A DNA stretch of 64,000 nt from an uncultured Gammaproteobacteria bacterium (GTDB taxonomy: Bacteria; Pseudomonadota; Gammaproteobacteria; Arenicellales; JAANXG01): positions 6,673-70,672 of the forward strand of contig CAMYKK010000016.1 of NCBI GenBank assembly GCA_947258975.1, given 5' to 3'. The translations under genes and the position numbers were made by a program. Below the pieces are notes generated by a model. The model made no database searches, was not told the origin of the DNA, and saw only the letters and a list, made by a program, of their open reading frames with translations. Shown here piece after piece: positions 9,433 through 20,019 of this stretch (position 1 is its first letter; every line of letters begins with the position of its first letter).

Positions 9433-11781
9433 ATGCCTGACCATCCGCTTATTCGGTGCTTACAAAGACTGATTTTCGGACACCGGCCGGCTGTCATTAC
9501 CGTTTTCGCCGTCATCACCCTGCTGATGGGATGGTTTGCGATCCACGTTCATGTCGATGCCGGTTTTGCCAAGATGTTTCCGTTGCAGCATCCCTACATG
9601 AAGACTTTTGTGAAATACCGGGAAGAATTCGGGGGGGCGAATCGTGTTTTGATAGCGATTATGAGCAGGGACGGGGATATGTTTACGCCTGCCTTCTTCA
9701 CGACCTTGAAAGCCGCGACCGATGAGGTGTTTTTTATCTCCGGGGTGGATCGAAGTCGTGTGAAGTCACTTTTCACACCCAATGTGCGATTCACCGAGGT
9801 GGTCGTAGGAGGAATTTCCGGGGGTAACGTCGTGCCCGCGGATTTTCAACCTACACCGGAAGGGCTGGTTCAGGTGCGGGAGAATATCTTGAAGGCGGGG
9901 ATCATTGGCCGTTTGGTTGCCAATGATTTCAGTGGCGCAGTTATCTATGCAGAGCTTCTGGAATTTGATCCTGATACCGGACAACGTTTGGATTTTGTTG
10001 CGGTTGCCCGTGAATTGGAAGACACGGTTCGCGACAAATTTTCCACCGGTTTCACCCAGCAACAGTTTGATATCCACATTATTGGATTCGCAAAGATCGT
10101 CGGTGACATTGCCGACAGCGCGGTCAGAATCGTCCTGTTTCTTACTATATCTTTCTGGATTATCGCGTTTTTACTGTACCTGTATTGTGCGTCGGCCCGT
10201 ATGACGATGATGATTCTGTCCTGTTCGGTCATTTCCGTAATCTGGCAGTTAGGCACGTTGACCGTGCTGGGTTTCGGCATCGACCCGATGCTGCTTCCGG
10301 TACCGTTTTTGATTGGCGCCATTTGTGTGAGTCATGGCGTACAGATGGTGAGTGCGGCGCGTGCCGAGATCTTTAGCGGCGCCGATGCGCAGACTGCGGC
10401 TCGCGAGAGTTTTCGCCGCTTGGCGCTTCCCGGTGCTGTCGCCTTGACGAGCGACACTGCTGGATTCATTACCATCATGTTGATCGACATCGGCATCATC
10501 CGCGAGATGGCAATTACCGCCAGCCTGGGCGTCGCGGTAATCGTGTTCACGAATTTGATCTTGTTGCCTGTGTTGATCTCTTATCTCACCGGTGTGGAAC
10601 AGTACCGTCAAAAGTTACATCGGCGCGCGGAGGTCTTGGCGCCGCTGTGGCGGACATTGTCGATGGTTGCCACGAGAGGCCCAGCTACTGCGGTGCTGGT
10701 GGTCGCCGGGGGATTACTGCTGTTGGGCGTATGGAAAGGCACCGACGTAAAAATCGGCGATCTGCACCATGGCGTCCCGGAACTACGGCCGAATTCACGA
10801 TACAACATCGATGCGTCAGTGATTGCAGATCGGTTTTCTATTGGCGCTGACGTATTGACCGTATTCGTGGAAACGGTCCCGGAGGGCTGTATCAAATACG
10901 AATACATGGCCGCCATTGACCAGTTCGCCTGGTATATGTCCAATGTCCCCGGCGTATTGTCCACCCAAACCCTGCCCATCATTGCCAAGATCATCAACGC
11001 GGGTTGGAATGAAGGTAGTTTGAAATGGCGCGTATTGCCTCGTAATCAGCATGCTCTGGTGCAAGCGACGAGTCCTGTGGATACGAGTAGCGGTTTGTTG
11101 AATCGGGACTGCAGTGTGATGCCGGTGTTGATGTTTACCGAAGATCACAAGGCGGAAACTATCGAACGAATCGTCGATGCGGTGAAGCAATATGACGCGA
11201 AACACGGTACTCAGAATCTGCGGTTTAGACTCGCCGGAGGTAATGTAGCAGTCATGGCCGCTACGAACGAAGCCGTTGAGGAGGCCCAGTTTCCAATGCT
11301 GTTTTACGTGTTCGCGGCAATTATCGTGTTATGTCTGCTGTCATTTCGCACAATTACCGGCACATTATGCATCGTAATTCCGCTGGTATTGGTCTCGTTA
11401 TTGGCCTATGCATTGATGAGCTGGCTTGGCATCGGTCTGAAAGTCAACACCTTGCCGGTGGTGGCCCTAGGCGTGGGAATCGGCGTGGATTACGGTATCT
11501 ATATCTTCAGCCGTTTCCAAAGCCTCGTCGACGAAGGAAAGGCGATCGCCGAAGCGTATTTTACGACCTTGGCGATTACCGGGGTGAGCGTAATCGTTAC
11601 CGGTTGCACCCTTGCAATGGGCGTCGCCGCCTGGATTTTTTCGCCACTGCAGCTGCAAGCAGACATGGGCATCCTGCTCACATTCATGTTCCTGATGAAC
11701 ATGCTGGGCGCCATTCTATTGCTTCCCGCGCTCGCGTATTGGATGTTCCACAAAAAAACCGGTGTTCAATCGTCCGGATGA
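9433..11781 (+). CDS. RND superfamily MMPL-type exporter
   Basis: Two hydrophobic halves, GGANRVLIA, GVGIGVDYGIY, FQ/LQADMGILL; canonical partner of DUF1302/DUF1329/YCF48. Confidence 0.88.
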   Translation: MPDHPLIRCLQRLIFGHRPAVITVFAVITLLMGWFAIHVHVDAGFAKMFPLQHPYMKTFVKYREEFGGANRVLIAIMSRDGDMFTPAFFTTLKAATDEVFFISGVDRSRVKSLFTPNVRFTEVVVGGISGGNVVPADFQPTPEGLVQVRENILKAGIIGRLVANDFSGAVIYAELLEFDPDTGQRLDFVAVARELEDTVRDKFSTGFTQQQFDIHIIGFAKIVGDIADSAVRIVLFLTISFWIIAFLLYLYCASARMTMMILSCSVISVIWQLGTLTVLGFGIDPMLLPVPFLIGAICVSHGVQMVSAARAEIFSGADAQTAARESFRRLALPGAVALTSDTAGFITIMLIDIGIIREMAITASLGVAVIVFTNLILLPVLISYLTGVEQYRQKLHRRAEVLAPLWRTLSMVATRGPATAVLVVAGGLLLLGVWKGTDVKIGDLHHGVPELRPNSRYNIDASVIADRFSIGADVLTVFVETVPEGCIKYEYMAAIDQFAWYMSNVPGVLSTQTLPIIAKIINAGWNEGSLKWRVLPRNQHALVQATSPVDTSSGLLNRDCSVMPVLMFTEDHKAETIERIVDAVKQYDAKHGTQNLRFRLAGGNVAVMAATNEAVEEAQFPMLFYVFAAIIVLCLLSFRTITGTLCIVIPLVLVSLLAYALMSWLGIGLKVNTLPVVALGVGIGVDYGIYIFSRFQSLVDEGKAIAEAYFTTLAITGVSVIVTGCTLAMGVAAWIFSPLQLQADMGILLTFMFLMNMLGAILLLPALAYWMFHKKTGVQSSG

Positions 11782-11878
11782 TTGCGCTTGCATCTGGGGT
11801 AAACTATCGGTGGTAGTGCGAAGTATCACGTTACCGATAATCCCAGGTGGTAGTCGAATAGGAGCTGGCGCCAGCGTC

Positions 11879-12535
11879 ATGGCTAACGTAAATCAACCAT
11901 CCGACCGTGATCGGATGGTTGACACTCAAATACAGGATCCTCACGATGGCCGTCCACCGGTCGTGGATCATGCCGTGCTGCGCGCCATGCGCAAGGTGCC
12001 ACGCCATCTATTTGTCCCCCAGGAGCATCAGTATCTTGCCTACGAGGACAGGCCATTGCCGATCGGTTATGGTCAAACCATCTCGCAACCTTACATCGTC
12101 GCCATCATGACCGAGTTGTTGCAGCTCGCATCGGAGCATAGGGTTCTCGAGGTGGGAACCGGGTCCGGATATCAGGCCGCGGTGCTGGCCGAGATCGCGG
12201 GCGACGTGTACTCCGTGGAGATTGTGGAACCCCTGGCGATGCTTGCGCGGGAGCGGTTGGCGGCCTTGGACTATGACAATGTGACGGTACGCGCCGGAGA
12301 CGGGTATCTTGGCTGGCCGGAATATGCGCCATACGACGCGATTATTGCTGCTGCAGCGCCGCGAGACGTCCCGCAGTCACTGCTTGATCAATTGAAACCC
12401 GGAGGACGGATGGTGTTGCCGGTCGGCCCGGCATGGCGCACGCAGATGTTGAAACTGGTGGCACGGCACAGCGACGGTTCCATCACCCGTGACGATATCA
12501 TGGCGGTGGGTTTCGTGCCGATGATCACGAACTAG
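11879..12535 (+). CDS. pcm: Protein-L-isoaspartate O-methyltransferase
   Basis: VPRHLFVP, PIGYGQTISQPY, VLEVGTGSGYQAA, GDGYLGWPEYAPYD, FVPM. Confidence 0.93.
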   Translation: MANVNQPSDRDRMVDTQIQDPHDGRPPVVDHAVLRAMRKVPRHLFVPQEHQYLAYEDRPLPIGYGQTISQPYIVAIMTELLQLASEHRVLEVGTGSGYQAAVLAEIAGDVYSVEIVEPLAMLARERLAALDYDNVTVRAGDGYLGWPEYAPYDAIIAAAAPRDVPQSLLDQLKPGGRMVLPVGPAWRTQMLKLVARHSDGSITRDDIMAVGFVPMITN

Positions 12536-12824
12536 AGATGAGCAACCCATACGTGTATCCAGCCCGAACATTGCCCCAAGGCGCCCCGCGTTCAGCCGCC
12601 CGACCCAGCGACTACGCGCAGTGCAAGTCTTGTCGCCAGCCTCCGGGACCCGTGGCGCGATATCCGGACCTGAAAGCGCCGCAGAGCTCGTGGCTGCTGG
12701 CGACATGAATAGCTAGTGAACAAGGTTCGTCCTATGGCCATGAGAATCTACAGGCCAGGCGGTACGGTGCCGTGATGCGGTGCAGCGGTACCGGACCGTG
12801 GCCGCATAGCCGGAGGCGATAACG

Positions 12825-14225
12825 ATGACAGCGGAACAGTACCGGGTCGAGCACGACACGATGGGCGAGATGCAGGTCCCTGCTGATGCCCTATGGGGCG
12901 CGCAAACTCAGCGAAGCTTGCAGAATTTCAAGATCGGCACCGAAAAGATGCCACGCAAACTCATCCATGCGTTTGCGCATCTCAAGAAGGCTTGTGCGTT
13001 GGTCAATCACCAACTCGGCGGTCTTGATCAGTCATTGCGAGATGCGATTGTCGAGGCATGTGACGAGATTTTAAGCGGACAGCATGCGGATCAATTTCCA
13101 TTATCGGTGTGGCAGACCGGTAGCGGCACGCAGTCCAACATGAACTGCAATGAGGTGATCGCGAATCGCGCCACGCAAATCCTCGGCGGCGATTTCGCGA
13201 AGGAGAAACAGGTCCATCCCAACGATCATGTCAATATGTCACAGAGTTCAAACGACACGTTTCCAACTGCGATGCACATCGCAACGGTGATGGAGGTCGA
13301 GGATGCTCTGTTGCCGGCCATTGAACTGCTTCGTGCCACCTTGGATGTGAAGGCAGAGGTCAACGCCAAGATCGTGAAAATCGGCCGCACCCATCTGCAG
13401 GATGCGACACCGTTGACCCTGGGGCAGGAAATCGGCGGTTGGTCGGGAATGCTTGCAACCAATATCGCGCAGATCGCACAGGCGCTGGGTTACGTGCGGG
13501 CGTTGGCCATCGGCGGTACCGCGGTGGGCACCGGTATCAATGCCCATCCCGAGTTTGCTGTGCGCGCCACGAAGGCGGTCGCGCAGTCCACCGGCAAGGA
13601 ATTTTTCTCGGCCGCAAACAAGTTTCAGGCATTGACGTCTCATGACGCGGTCACGCATCTCAGCGGCGCATTGAAGGCATTGGCCGCCAACCTGATGAAA
13701 ATCGCTAATGACGTGCGTTGGCTGGCCAGTGGACCGCGCTGCGGAATTGGCGAGATTTCAATCCCCGCCAACGAGCCGGGTAGCTCGATTATGCCCGGTA
13801 AGGTGAACCCCACCCAGGCCGAGGCATTGACCATGGTAGTGTGTCAGGTTTTCGGTAACGACGCGGCGATTTGTTTCGCGGCCAGCCAGGGCAATTTCGA
13901 ATTGAACGTTTATAAACCGGTGATTATTCATAACTTGTTGCAGTCCATCCGTTTGTTGGCGGATGCAATGCGTTCATTCAACGATCATTGCGCGGTGGGC
14001 ATCGAGCCGGTCGCCGAGACGATTGCAAAGAACCTTCATAACTCGCTGATGCTGGTCACCGCATTGAATCCATACATCGGTTATGAGAATGCGGCGAAGG
14101 TTGCACAGACAGCGTTCGCGAATGATATCACCCTGAAACAGGCGGCCATTGACCTTGGTCTTTTGACCGCGGAGCAATTTGACGAGTACGTCGTGCCGGA
14201 AGAGATGGTGAATCCCAAAGGATGA
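12825..14225 (+). CDS. fumC: Class II fumarate hydratase
   Basis: [43 protein letters not shown]; GGAGG RBS. Confidence 0.97.
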   Translation: MTAEQYRVEHDTMGEMQVPADALWGAQTQRSLQNFKIGTEKMPRKLIHAFAHLKKACALVNHQLGGLDQSLRDAIVEACDEILSGQHADQFPLSVWQTGSGTQSNMNCNEVIANRATQILGGDFAKEKQVHPNDHVNMSQSSNDTFPTAMHIATVMEVEDALLPAIELLRATLDVKAEVNAKIVKIGRTHLQDATPLTLGQEIGGWSGMLATNIAQIAQALGYVRALAIGGTAVGTGINAHPEFAVRATKAVAQSTGKEFFSAANKFQALTSHDAVTHLSGALKALAANLMKIANDVRWLASGPRCGIGEISIPANEPGSSIMPGKVNPTQAEALTMVVCQVFGNDAAICFAASQGNFELNVYKPVIIHNLLQSIRLLADAMRSFNDHCAVGIEPVAETIAKNLHNSLMLVTALNPYIGYENAAKVAQTAFANDITLKQAAIDLGLLTAEQFDEYVVPEEMVNPKG

Positions 14226-14792
14226 CGTTGTCTTAGCTTTCGCCTATCCCGGGGCGAAACATGAAAACTTGAAACGAGAAGTAACTCGACCCGTCAGGAG
14301 CCACATAAAAGTCCCCTGCTCGTAAGAACGATCTCTGGGCAAGTTTAGTTTGTATTAATCGGCACTTGATCTGTCAGTCAGTGCCCGATGTATTCGATTC
14401 CGAAAAGGCCGAAACCGGCCAAGGCGGCGGTTCGCTGAAACCGTGACATAACCCGATCACGCCAGATCGGCTCGTCTACCTTGAGAGGAAGAGCCGTGAT
14501 CGATTTCTCAGATCGGGGCATGGATATTGCCGCAAGAAACGAGGCGATAAGCGACCAAAACTGATTATACAGCGTGGATGCGGCAACGGTCCGATTATAG
14601 TTTACAAAAACGATCGTCAGATGGCCACGGCCTAGACGGAGTAAAATAACCTGAAACCGACGTAATACCGTTGACCCCAAGGCCCCCAATAAATAGCATG
14701 CCACGTGCAACATTTGACAAAAATCTGTGCAGGAACTTGGGCGCCGGAGTCACGTGCTACAGGTTTGTCTGCGGACACGGAGAATTTTTATT

Positions 14793-15806
14793 ATGCGTGC
14801 GTGGGAAATCATTACCGACGGTGGTATTGATGCTCTAAGCTTGAACGAGCGGCGAATGTCCGAGCCTGGTCCGGGTCAAGTTCTGGTCAAGGTTCATGCG
14901 TCGTCGGTCAACTATCGCGATCTTTCAACAATTGAAGATCCAACCAGCCGTAAGCTTTCATTCCCAACGATACCGAACTCAGATGCGGCAGGTGAAGTGG
15001 TGGCGGTTGGTACTGGTACGGTCGGGGTCGCTGTCGGCGATCGCGTGATGGGTTGTTTTTTTCAGGACTGGGAAGCCGGACCGATCTCATCCACGGCAAT
15101 GGCGTCTGCGCTCGGCGGTGCGAAACCTGGTGTTCTGGCTGAGTATGTAGTATTGGATGCTCGTGGCGTAGTGCCGGTGCCAGCGCACCTGTCGTGGGCG
15201 GAAGCAGCGACTCTACCTTGTGCGGCGCTGACGGCCTGGCACGCCTTGACGCAACCCCGTCCGGTGCGTCCAGGCGAGACCGTTTTATTACTTGGCACTG
15301 GTGGCGTCTCTGTCTTTGCGCAGCAGTTTTGTCAGATTATGGGCGTGCGCACGATCGTGACGTCATCGAGCAACACGAAGCTGGAAAGAATGCGGTCATT
15401 GGGCGCATGGGAAACCATCAACTACCGAGAAACAATCGATTGGGATTCCAAAGTTGTTGAGCTAACGGACGGTGTTGGCGCTGATTGTGTCATCGAGGTG
15501 GGTGGTCCGGGGACCTTACAGAAATCGATTGACGCCGCCCGGATCGGCGGGTTCATCGCGCTAATTGGTATTCTGACCGGCGTTGAGGGGGCGGTGTCGC
15601 CTTCGAACATCATGCGAAAATCAATCACTGTGCAGGGAATCTATGTCGGTTCACGACAGATGTACGTCGAAATGAATAAAGCAATCTCACTGCACAAGAT
15701 GAAGCCTGTGATCGATGAGGAGTTTGAGTTTTCAGACGCGCGCGCAGCTTACCATCGAATGCGGAGCGCGCAACACTTCGGGAAATTGGTGATCGGCGTG
15801 GGCTGA
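14793..15806 (+). CDS. NAD(P)-dependent medium-chain dehydrogenase/quinone reductase (zinc-independent MDR)
   Basis: SVNYRD, EAATLPCAALTAW, GTGGVS, HFGKLVI. Confidence 0.88.
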   Translation: MRAWEIITDGGIDALSLNERRMSEPGPGQVLVKVHASSVNYRDLSTIEDPTSRKLSFPTIPNSDAAGEVVAVGTGTVGVAVGDRVMGCFFQDWEAGPISSTAMASALGGAKPGVLAEYVVLDARGVVPVPAHLSWAEAATLPCAALTAWHALTQPRPVRPGETVLLLGTGGVSVFAQQFCQIMGVRTIVTSSSNTKLERMRSLGAWETINYRETIDWDSKVVELTDGVGADCVIEVGGPGTLQKSIDAARIGGFIALIGILTGVEGAVSPSNIMRKSITVQGIYVGSRQMYVEMNKAISLHKMKPVIDEEFEFSDARAAYHRMRSAQHFGKLVIGVG

Positions 15807-16125
15807 ACCTAAATGCTCCCATGGTTTTGACCGAGTTCCCACTTGGGTCGCTTCATGGCATCGGCCCAATCCGGTCCTTAAGGGCTTGTTGCGTGAACGG
15901 CTGGTCGAGACTCTAACTTGGACGTTCGCAGTCAAGCGTCGTAAAACCCAAGGTGGCGTCCGTGTTGGAATTTGCAATTCTGTCTTACGCAGCGCCGACT
16001 TTTAAGCTAACGTGAAAAGAGAACCTTCCGGCGTAGGACTGCTCAAACCGTGGGAACGGGATTCTATCTGCCGGTATTCCTTGTGTCCTTGTTGTCATGC
16101 ATACTCGTGAGAATAAATACGAAGA

Positions 16126-18180
16126 ATGACAAAACCAACCAACGAAACCCCTATTCCACTTCGTACACCTCTGTTTCGTGGCGATCGGCGCTTACGTATC
16201 GCGCTGGTCGGGATGCCCAACAGCGGCAAGAGCACGCTGTTCAAGGCGGTATCGAGTACATCGATCAATACCGGGCAGTTGGCCGGCACCCAACGTGCTT
16301 ATGGAGAGTGTGCGGTTCAGATCGGCTTTGACGAGGCGCGCCTGGTCGATCTGCCGAGTATTCATTCCCTGAACAATCTGCAGCATGATGATCTGGTCGC
16401 CTTGCAGTATCTGCTGTGGGGTGACGAGTTGCCGCTGATTTCAGTGCATGAGCCGGGTGAACCACCCGCCCCCTTTACCCCGCCCGACGTCATTATCCAA
16501 GTGGTCGATGCCACGGCACTGGAGCGCCACTTGGAGCTCAATCTGGAACTTAGCCAGTTGGGGCGGCCCATAGTTATCGCATTGAATATGATGGATGAGG
16601 CCTCGAAAAAGGGACAGTACATCAACACGAATGCCCTGAGTAGATTACTTGGAGTACCGGTGGTACCCACGGTAGCGCTGATGGGACACGGCATCTCGGA
16701 CTTATTTGCGGCAGCGGTGGACGCCGTGCGCGAGGGGGAATATCCACTTCCGCAACGCGCCAGTAAGCACATCTGCGATCGCCTCCAACCCTTGAGTAAA
16801 GCCTTGAATCGCCCCGCGCTGCAAAGGGCATTCCGCGTTCCGCACTCATTTCTGCTGATGCAGGTGGCGGCGGGCGATCAATACTTTTTAGATGAAATGC
16901 AACAACACTTCCCTACGATGCTGCCGGAGTTGTTGCGTTTGCGAACCGAGGCGGCGCAAACGCTACCCCGGCCACTCGAGGAGGAGTTGCATGCCGACCG
17001 GCATCACCGCGCAGCCAGTTTGTTTGAGACGGTGACCCGCGTGGGTTCTCCGCACGAAGCGAGGGGTTGGCGCTATTGGCTGGACGAATTGTTTCTGCAT
17101 CCCAAGTGGGGATTAGTCGGCAGCCTGGCGGTGTTCGCCGCTGTGCTGTTTGTTGTGGTTGAGGTCAGCGCCTGGCTCGATGGGATGACGGCGGCACGGC
17201 TGGTCGATTGGGTGTCTGGTTGGCAGCCACAAGCGATTGGTGGCGTCGTCGGACGCGCGGTCGTGGATGGTCTGATCGGTCTGATCGGAATTGTCGTACC
17301 GTACATGATTCCGCTGGTGTTGTTGTTGGTAACGCTGGAGGAGGCGGGCGTCATGCAACGAATCGCCTTCGTCGTCGACCGTGGTTTTCATCAGATCGGG
17401 TTACACGGCGGGGTTGCCGTGCCTTTCCTGCTTGGGCTGGGTTGTAATGTGCCGGCGATTTCCGGTGCCGCCGCCGCCGCTCACGGACGCGATCGCGTCG
17501 TCGCGTCGCTGCTGATCACTTTCGTCCCCTGTTCGGCGCGTTCCGCCATTATCTTAGCCTTGGGCGGCAAGTATCTGGGGGGAGTCGGGATTTTTGCGAT
17601 CTTCATGCTGACGATCGGCGTGATTGCGGTGCTAGGACGCCTACTTACGCTCCGCTATCCCGCAACCGGCCCCGGACAGGTACTGGATATCCCGCCCTAC
17701 GCCATGCCAACCTGGCGTTCTCTGCTTTATCACACCTGGGCGCGCACTCGCGACATCTTAACCATCGTCACGCCTTTATTGGTAGGCGGCAGCGTCGTGT
17801 TGGCGTTGCTCAGCCATGCCGGTGCGGACCACATCATCAACGCGATGTTCACACCGGTGACCTCCTGGTGGTTGGGCTTGCCGATGGTGCTGGGTGTGCC
17901 AATTCTGTTCGGCATTCTGCGCAAGGAGTTATCATTGTTGATGATCTATCAGGCACTGGGTACGTTCGAAGTTGGCGCTTATTTAGATTGGGTGCAGATC
18001 GTGACCTTCCTGCTATTCCTGACATTCTACATCCCGTGCATTTCGACGTTTGCGGTGATGCTGCAAACCATAGGCCGTAAAGAAGCACTGTTCTCGATCT
18101 CTCTGTCGGTAGGTGTGGCGCTGCTGGTGAGCGGGATTGCGCGGTTACTGTTGGAAGGCGCGCGGTATTTTATTATTTAA
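16126..18180 (+). CDS. feoB: Ferrous iron transporter FeoB-like protein (atypical G motifs)
   Basis: G1 GMPNSGKS, G4 NMMD, VVDATALERHL, gate motifs GLGCNVPA, VPCSAR, YIPCIST. Confidence 0.85.
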   Translation: MTKPTNETPIPLRTPLFRGDRRLRIALVGMPNSGKSTLFKAVSSTSINTGQLAGTQRAYGECAVQIGFDEARLVDLPSIHSLNNLQHDDLVALQYLLWGDELPLISVHEPGEPPAPFTPPDVIIQVVDATALERHLELNLELSQLGRPIVIALNMMDEASKKGQYINTNALSRLLGVPVVPTVALMGHGISDLFAAAVDAVREGEYPLPQRASKHICDRLQPLSKALNRPALQRAFRVPHSFLLMQVAAGDQYFLDEMQQHFPTMLPELLRLRTEAAQTLPRPLEEELHADRHHRAASLFETVTRVGSPHEARGWRYWLDELFLHPKWGLVGSLAVFAAVLFVVVEVSAWLDGMTAARLVDWVSGWQPQAIGGVVGRAVVDGLIGLIGIVVPYMIPLVLLLVTLEEAGVMQRIAFVVDRGFHQIGLHGGVAVPFLLGLGCNVPAISGAAAAAHGRDRVVASLLITFVPCSARSAIILALGGKYLGGVGIFAIFMLTIGVIAVLGRLLTLRYPATGPGQVLDIPPYAMPTWRSLLYHTWARTRDILTIVTPLLVGGSVVLALLSHAGADHIINAMFTPVTSWWLGLPMVLGVPILFGILRKELSLLMIYQALGTFEVGAYLDWVQIVTFLLFLTFYIPCISTFAVMLQTIGRKEALFSISLSVGVALLVSGIARLLLEGARYFII

Positions 18181-18346
18181 AATATGTGCGACGACAAAAA
18201 GTAAGTCGCAAAGGAAATAAGCCGGAAAACCGCTGGTCAGGGCTCGTGTCGACTACGGTCGTTAACGGCCTGCAGACATTGGTCAAACGCGAACGCCGCT
18301 ATTTGAAAGGTCCGCTTTCTCGATGTTGGGGGGCTTTTGTCCCCGC

Positions 18347-18388
18347 ACTGCGACTACGCGCAGCACAAGCACTGCGATTTCGCGCAGC
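18347..18388. repeat. Second locus (about 1.7 units) of the 24-bp ACTGCGAC..CGCGCAGCACAAGC repeat
   Basis: ACTGCGACTACGCGCAGCACAAGC ACTGCGATTTCGCGCAGC followed by GTCGTT, as at 3791. Confidence 0.9.
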
Positions 18389-18438
18389 GTCGTTTGAGAT
18401 CTGGCGGTCTCTGGCAGATCAATTCTGAGTTGTTACCG

Positions 18439-18996
18439 TTAATTCTCCGCCGCCGTGTAGGCCGCAAAACCGGCGATGAAATCTCGCAGCCGGTCGCTCA
18501 GCGCATCATCTTGAATGATCCCGTATTGGTCGAAGACCTGATGGGCGCCGGATACGTAGAGGCTGCGACCAAACCAGGGTTTGGTCCCCAGGGCGCGCAG
18601 CACCGGCAGCCAGGCGGTCTGGGAGAGTGCAGTGCCCATGCCACCCGGAGTTGCACCGATGATTGCTACCGGCCGTCCCCGGAATACGCGGGCTTGGTCT
18701 TGCGGTGGCCGCGACAACCAGTCAACGGCGTTTTTGAGTACACCGGGTAGAGAATTGTTGTACTCCGGGGATGCGATTAATAGAGCATCGGTGGCGGCGA
18801 TACGATCTTTCAATCGCTCCACCTGTTGAGGAATGCCCTCGGCCAGTTCGATGTCGCCATTGTAAAGCGGTATGCCGGCGAGGGTTTCGATCTCTACCCG
18901 GCAATGCGCTGGCGTCATCGCCTGGGCCGCTTTAAGTAGCCGCAAGTTGAAGGAATCTATGCGCAGACTTCCCGGAATGCCGAGGATCGTAATCAC
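18439..18996 (-). CDS. NADPH-dependent FMN reductase (ChrR/YieF-like)
   Basis: GSLRIDSFN, SPEYNNSLPGVLKNAVDWLSR. Confidence 0.9.
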   Translation of the reverse strand: MITILGIPGSLRIDSFNLRLLKAAQAMTPAHCRVEIETLAGIPLYNGDIELAEGIPQQVERLKDRIAATDALLIASPEYNNSLPGVLKNAVDWLSRPPQDQARVFRGRPVAIIGATPGGMGTALSQTAWLPVLRALGTKPWFGRSLYVSGAHQVFDQYGIIQDDALSDRLRDFIAGFAAYTAAEN

Positions 18997-19168
18997 AATC
19001 GGTTGCTTCGGTTGACCGCTGTTACACTAGCAGCCCGTTGTGCCATGGACAAGCCGAGGCATGTGTAAGTGATAAATAATAGCCGCCGCGAGCGGCCAGC
19101 GGCTTTGTTTTGCGCGCGGCCTGGAGTACAGTTTACTCCCCGGTCAAGAAGCGCTCAGGAATAACGAT

Positions 19169-19987
19169 ATGTCCACGCAAGCGGCGCCACGAAAATCCAT
19201 CAACGTCACGACGTTCAAGAAAATGAAGCAGGCGGGAGAAAAATTCGCCAGCCTTACCGCCTACGACTATTGCACTGCACATGTAGTCAGCAGTGCAGGG
19301 GTGGAAATGATCCTGGTTGGTGATTCGCTGGGTATGGTTATCCAAGGTCACGACAGCAGCCTGCCGGTTACAGTAGAAGACGTTGCATATCACATGGGTT
19401 GTGTAAAACGCGGCAACCAAGGAGCGTTTTTGATGGTTGATCTGCCGTTTATGAGTTATTACTCGGAACTCAAGACCCTGGAAAACTCCGCGACCTTGAT
19501 GCGCGAGGGCGCGCAGATGGTGAAGCTCGAAGGTGGGGCATGGCTAGCCGACTCTACGGGTTTACTGGTTCAGCACGGCATTCCGGTTTGCGCCCACATG
19601 GGTCTCACGCCGCAGTCAGTGAATCATCTAGGCGGTTATCGCGTACAAGGCCGTGACCCGCAAAAGGCCAAGGAAATGGTCGCGGAGGCACTGGTCCTGC
19701 AAGATGCCGGCGCCAGTATCTTGTTGCTGGAATGCGTGCCGACCGATCTCGGGCGGGCAATCACCGACAAGTTGGAAATCCCGGTCATCGGAATCGGCGC
19801 CGGTCCACATACCGACGGACAGATTATGGTGTTGCATGACATGCTTGGGCTATATCCGGGCAAGCCCGCCAAGTTTGTGAAAAATTTTCTTGCCGGCAAC
19901 GCCGAAGGCGTGCAGGGTGCCATTGTTGACTATGTCAAGGCCGTGAAGGCGGGCACGTTTCCCGCTCCAGAACATTGTTATACCTGA
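19169..19987 (+). CDS. panB: 3-methyl-2-oxobutanoate hydroxymethyltransferase
   Basis: LTAYD, LVGDSLGM, VKLEGG, HMGLTPQS, IGIGAG. Confidence 0.97.
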   Translation: MSTQAAPRKSINVTTFKKMKQAGEKFASLTAYDYCTAHVVSSAGVEMILVGDSLGMVIQGHDSSLPVTVEDVAYHMGCVKRGNQGAFLMVDLPFMSYYSELKTLENSATLMREGAQMVKLEGGAWLADSTGLLVQHGIPVCAHMGLTPQSVNHLGGYRVQGRDPQKAKEMVAEALVLQDAGASILLLECVPTDLGRAITDKLEIPVIGIGAGPHTDGQIMVLHDMLGLYPGKPAKFVKNFLAGNAEGVQGAIVDYVKAVKAGTFPAPEHCYT

Positions 19988-20019
19988 GCGGGGGACGGCA
20001 CCGGGTAGAAATATTCGGG

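Noticed and set aside
14378-14713. 111-aa minus-strand ORF, possibly a membrane-protein (LysE-like) remnant
   Set aside because: Only a faint resemblance at the C-terminus; cannot be supported without a search
15965-15982. Iron-regulator box upstream of feoB (GAATTTGCAATTC)
   Set aside because: Short near-palindrome with a poor match to the Fur consensus
19081-19112. Terminator or riboswitch-like hairpin upstream of panB
   Set aside because: Imperfect stem, interrupted U-tract and no recognisable aptamer
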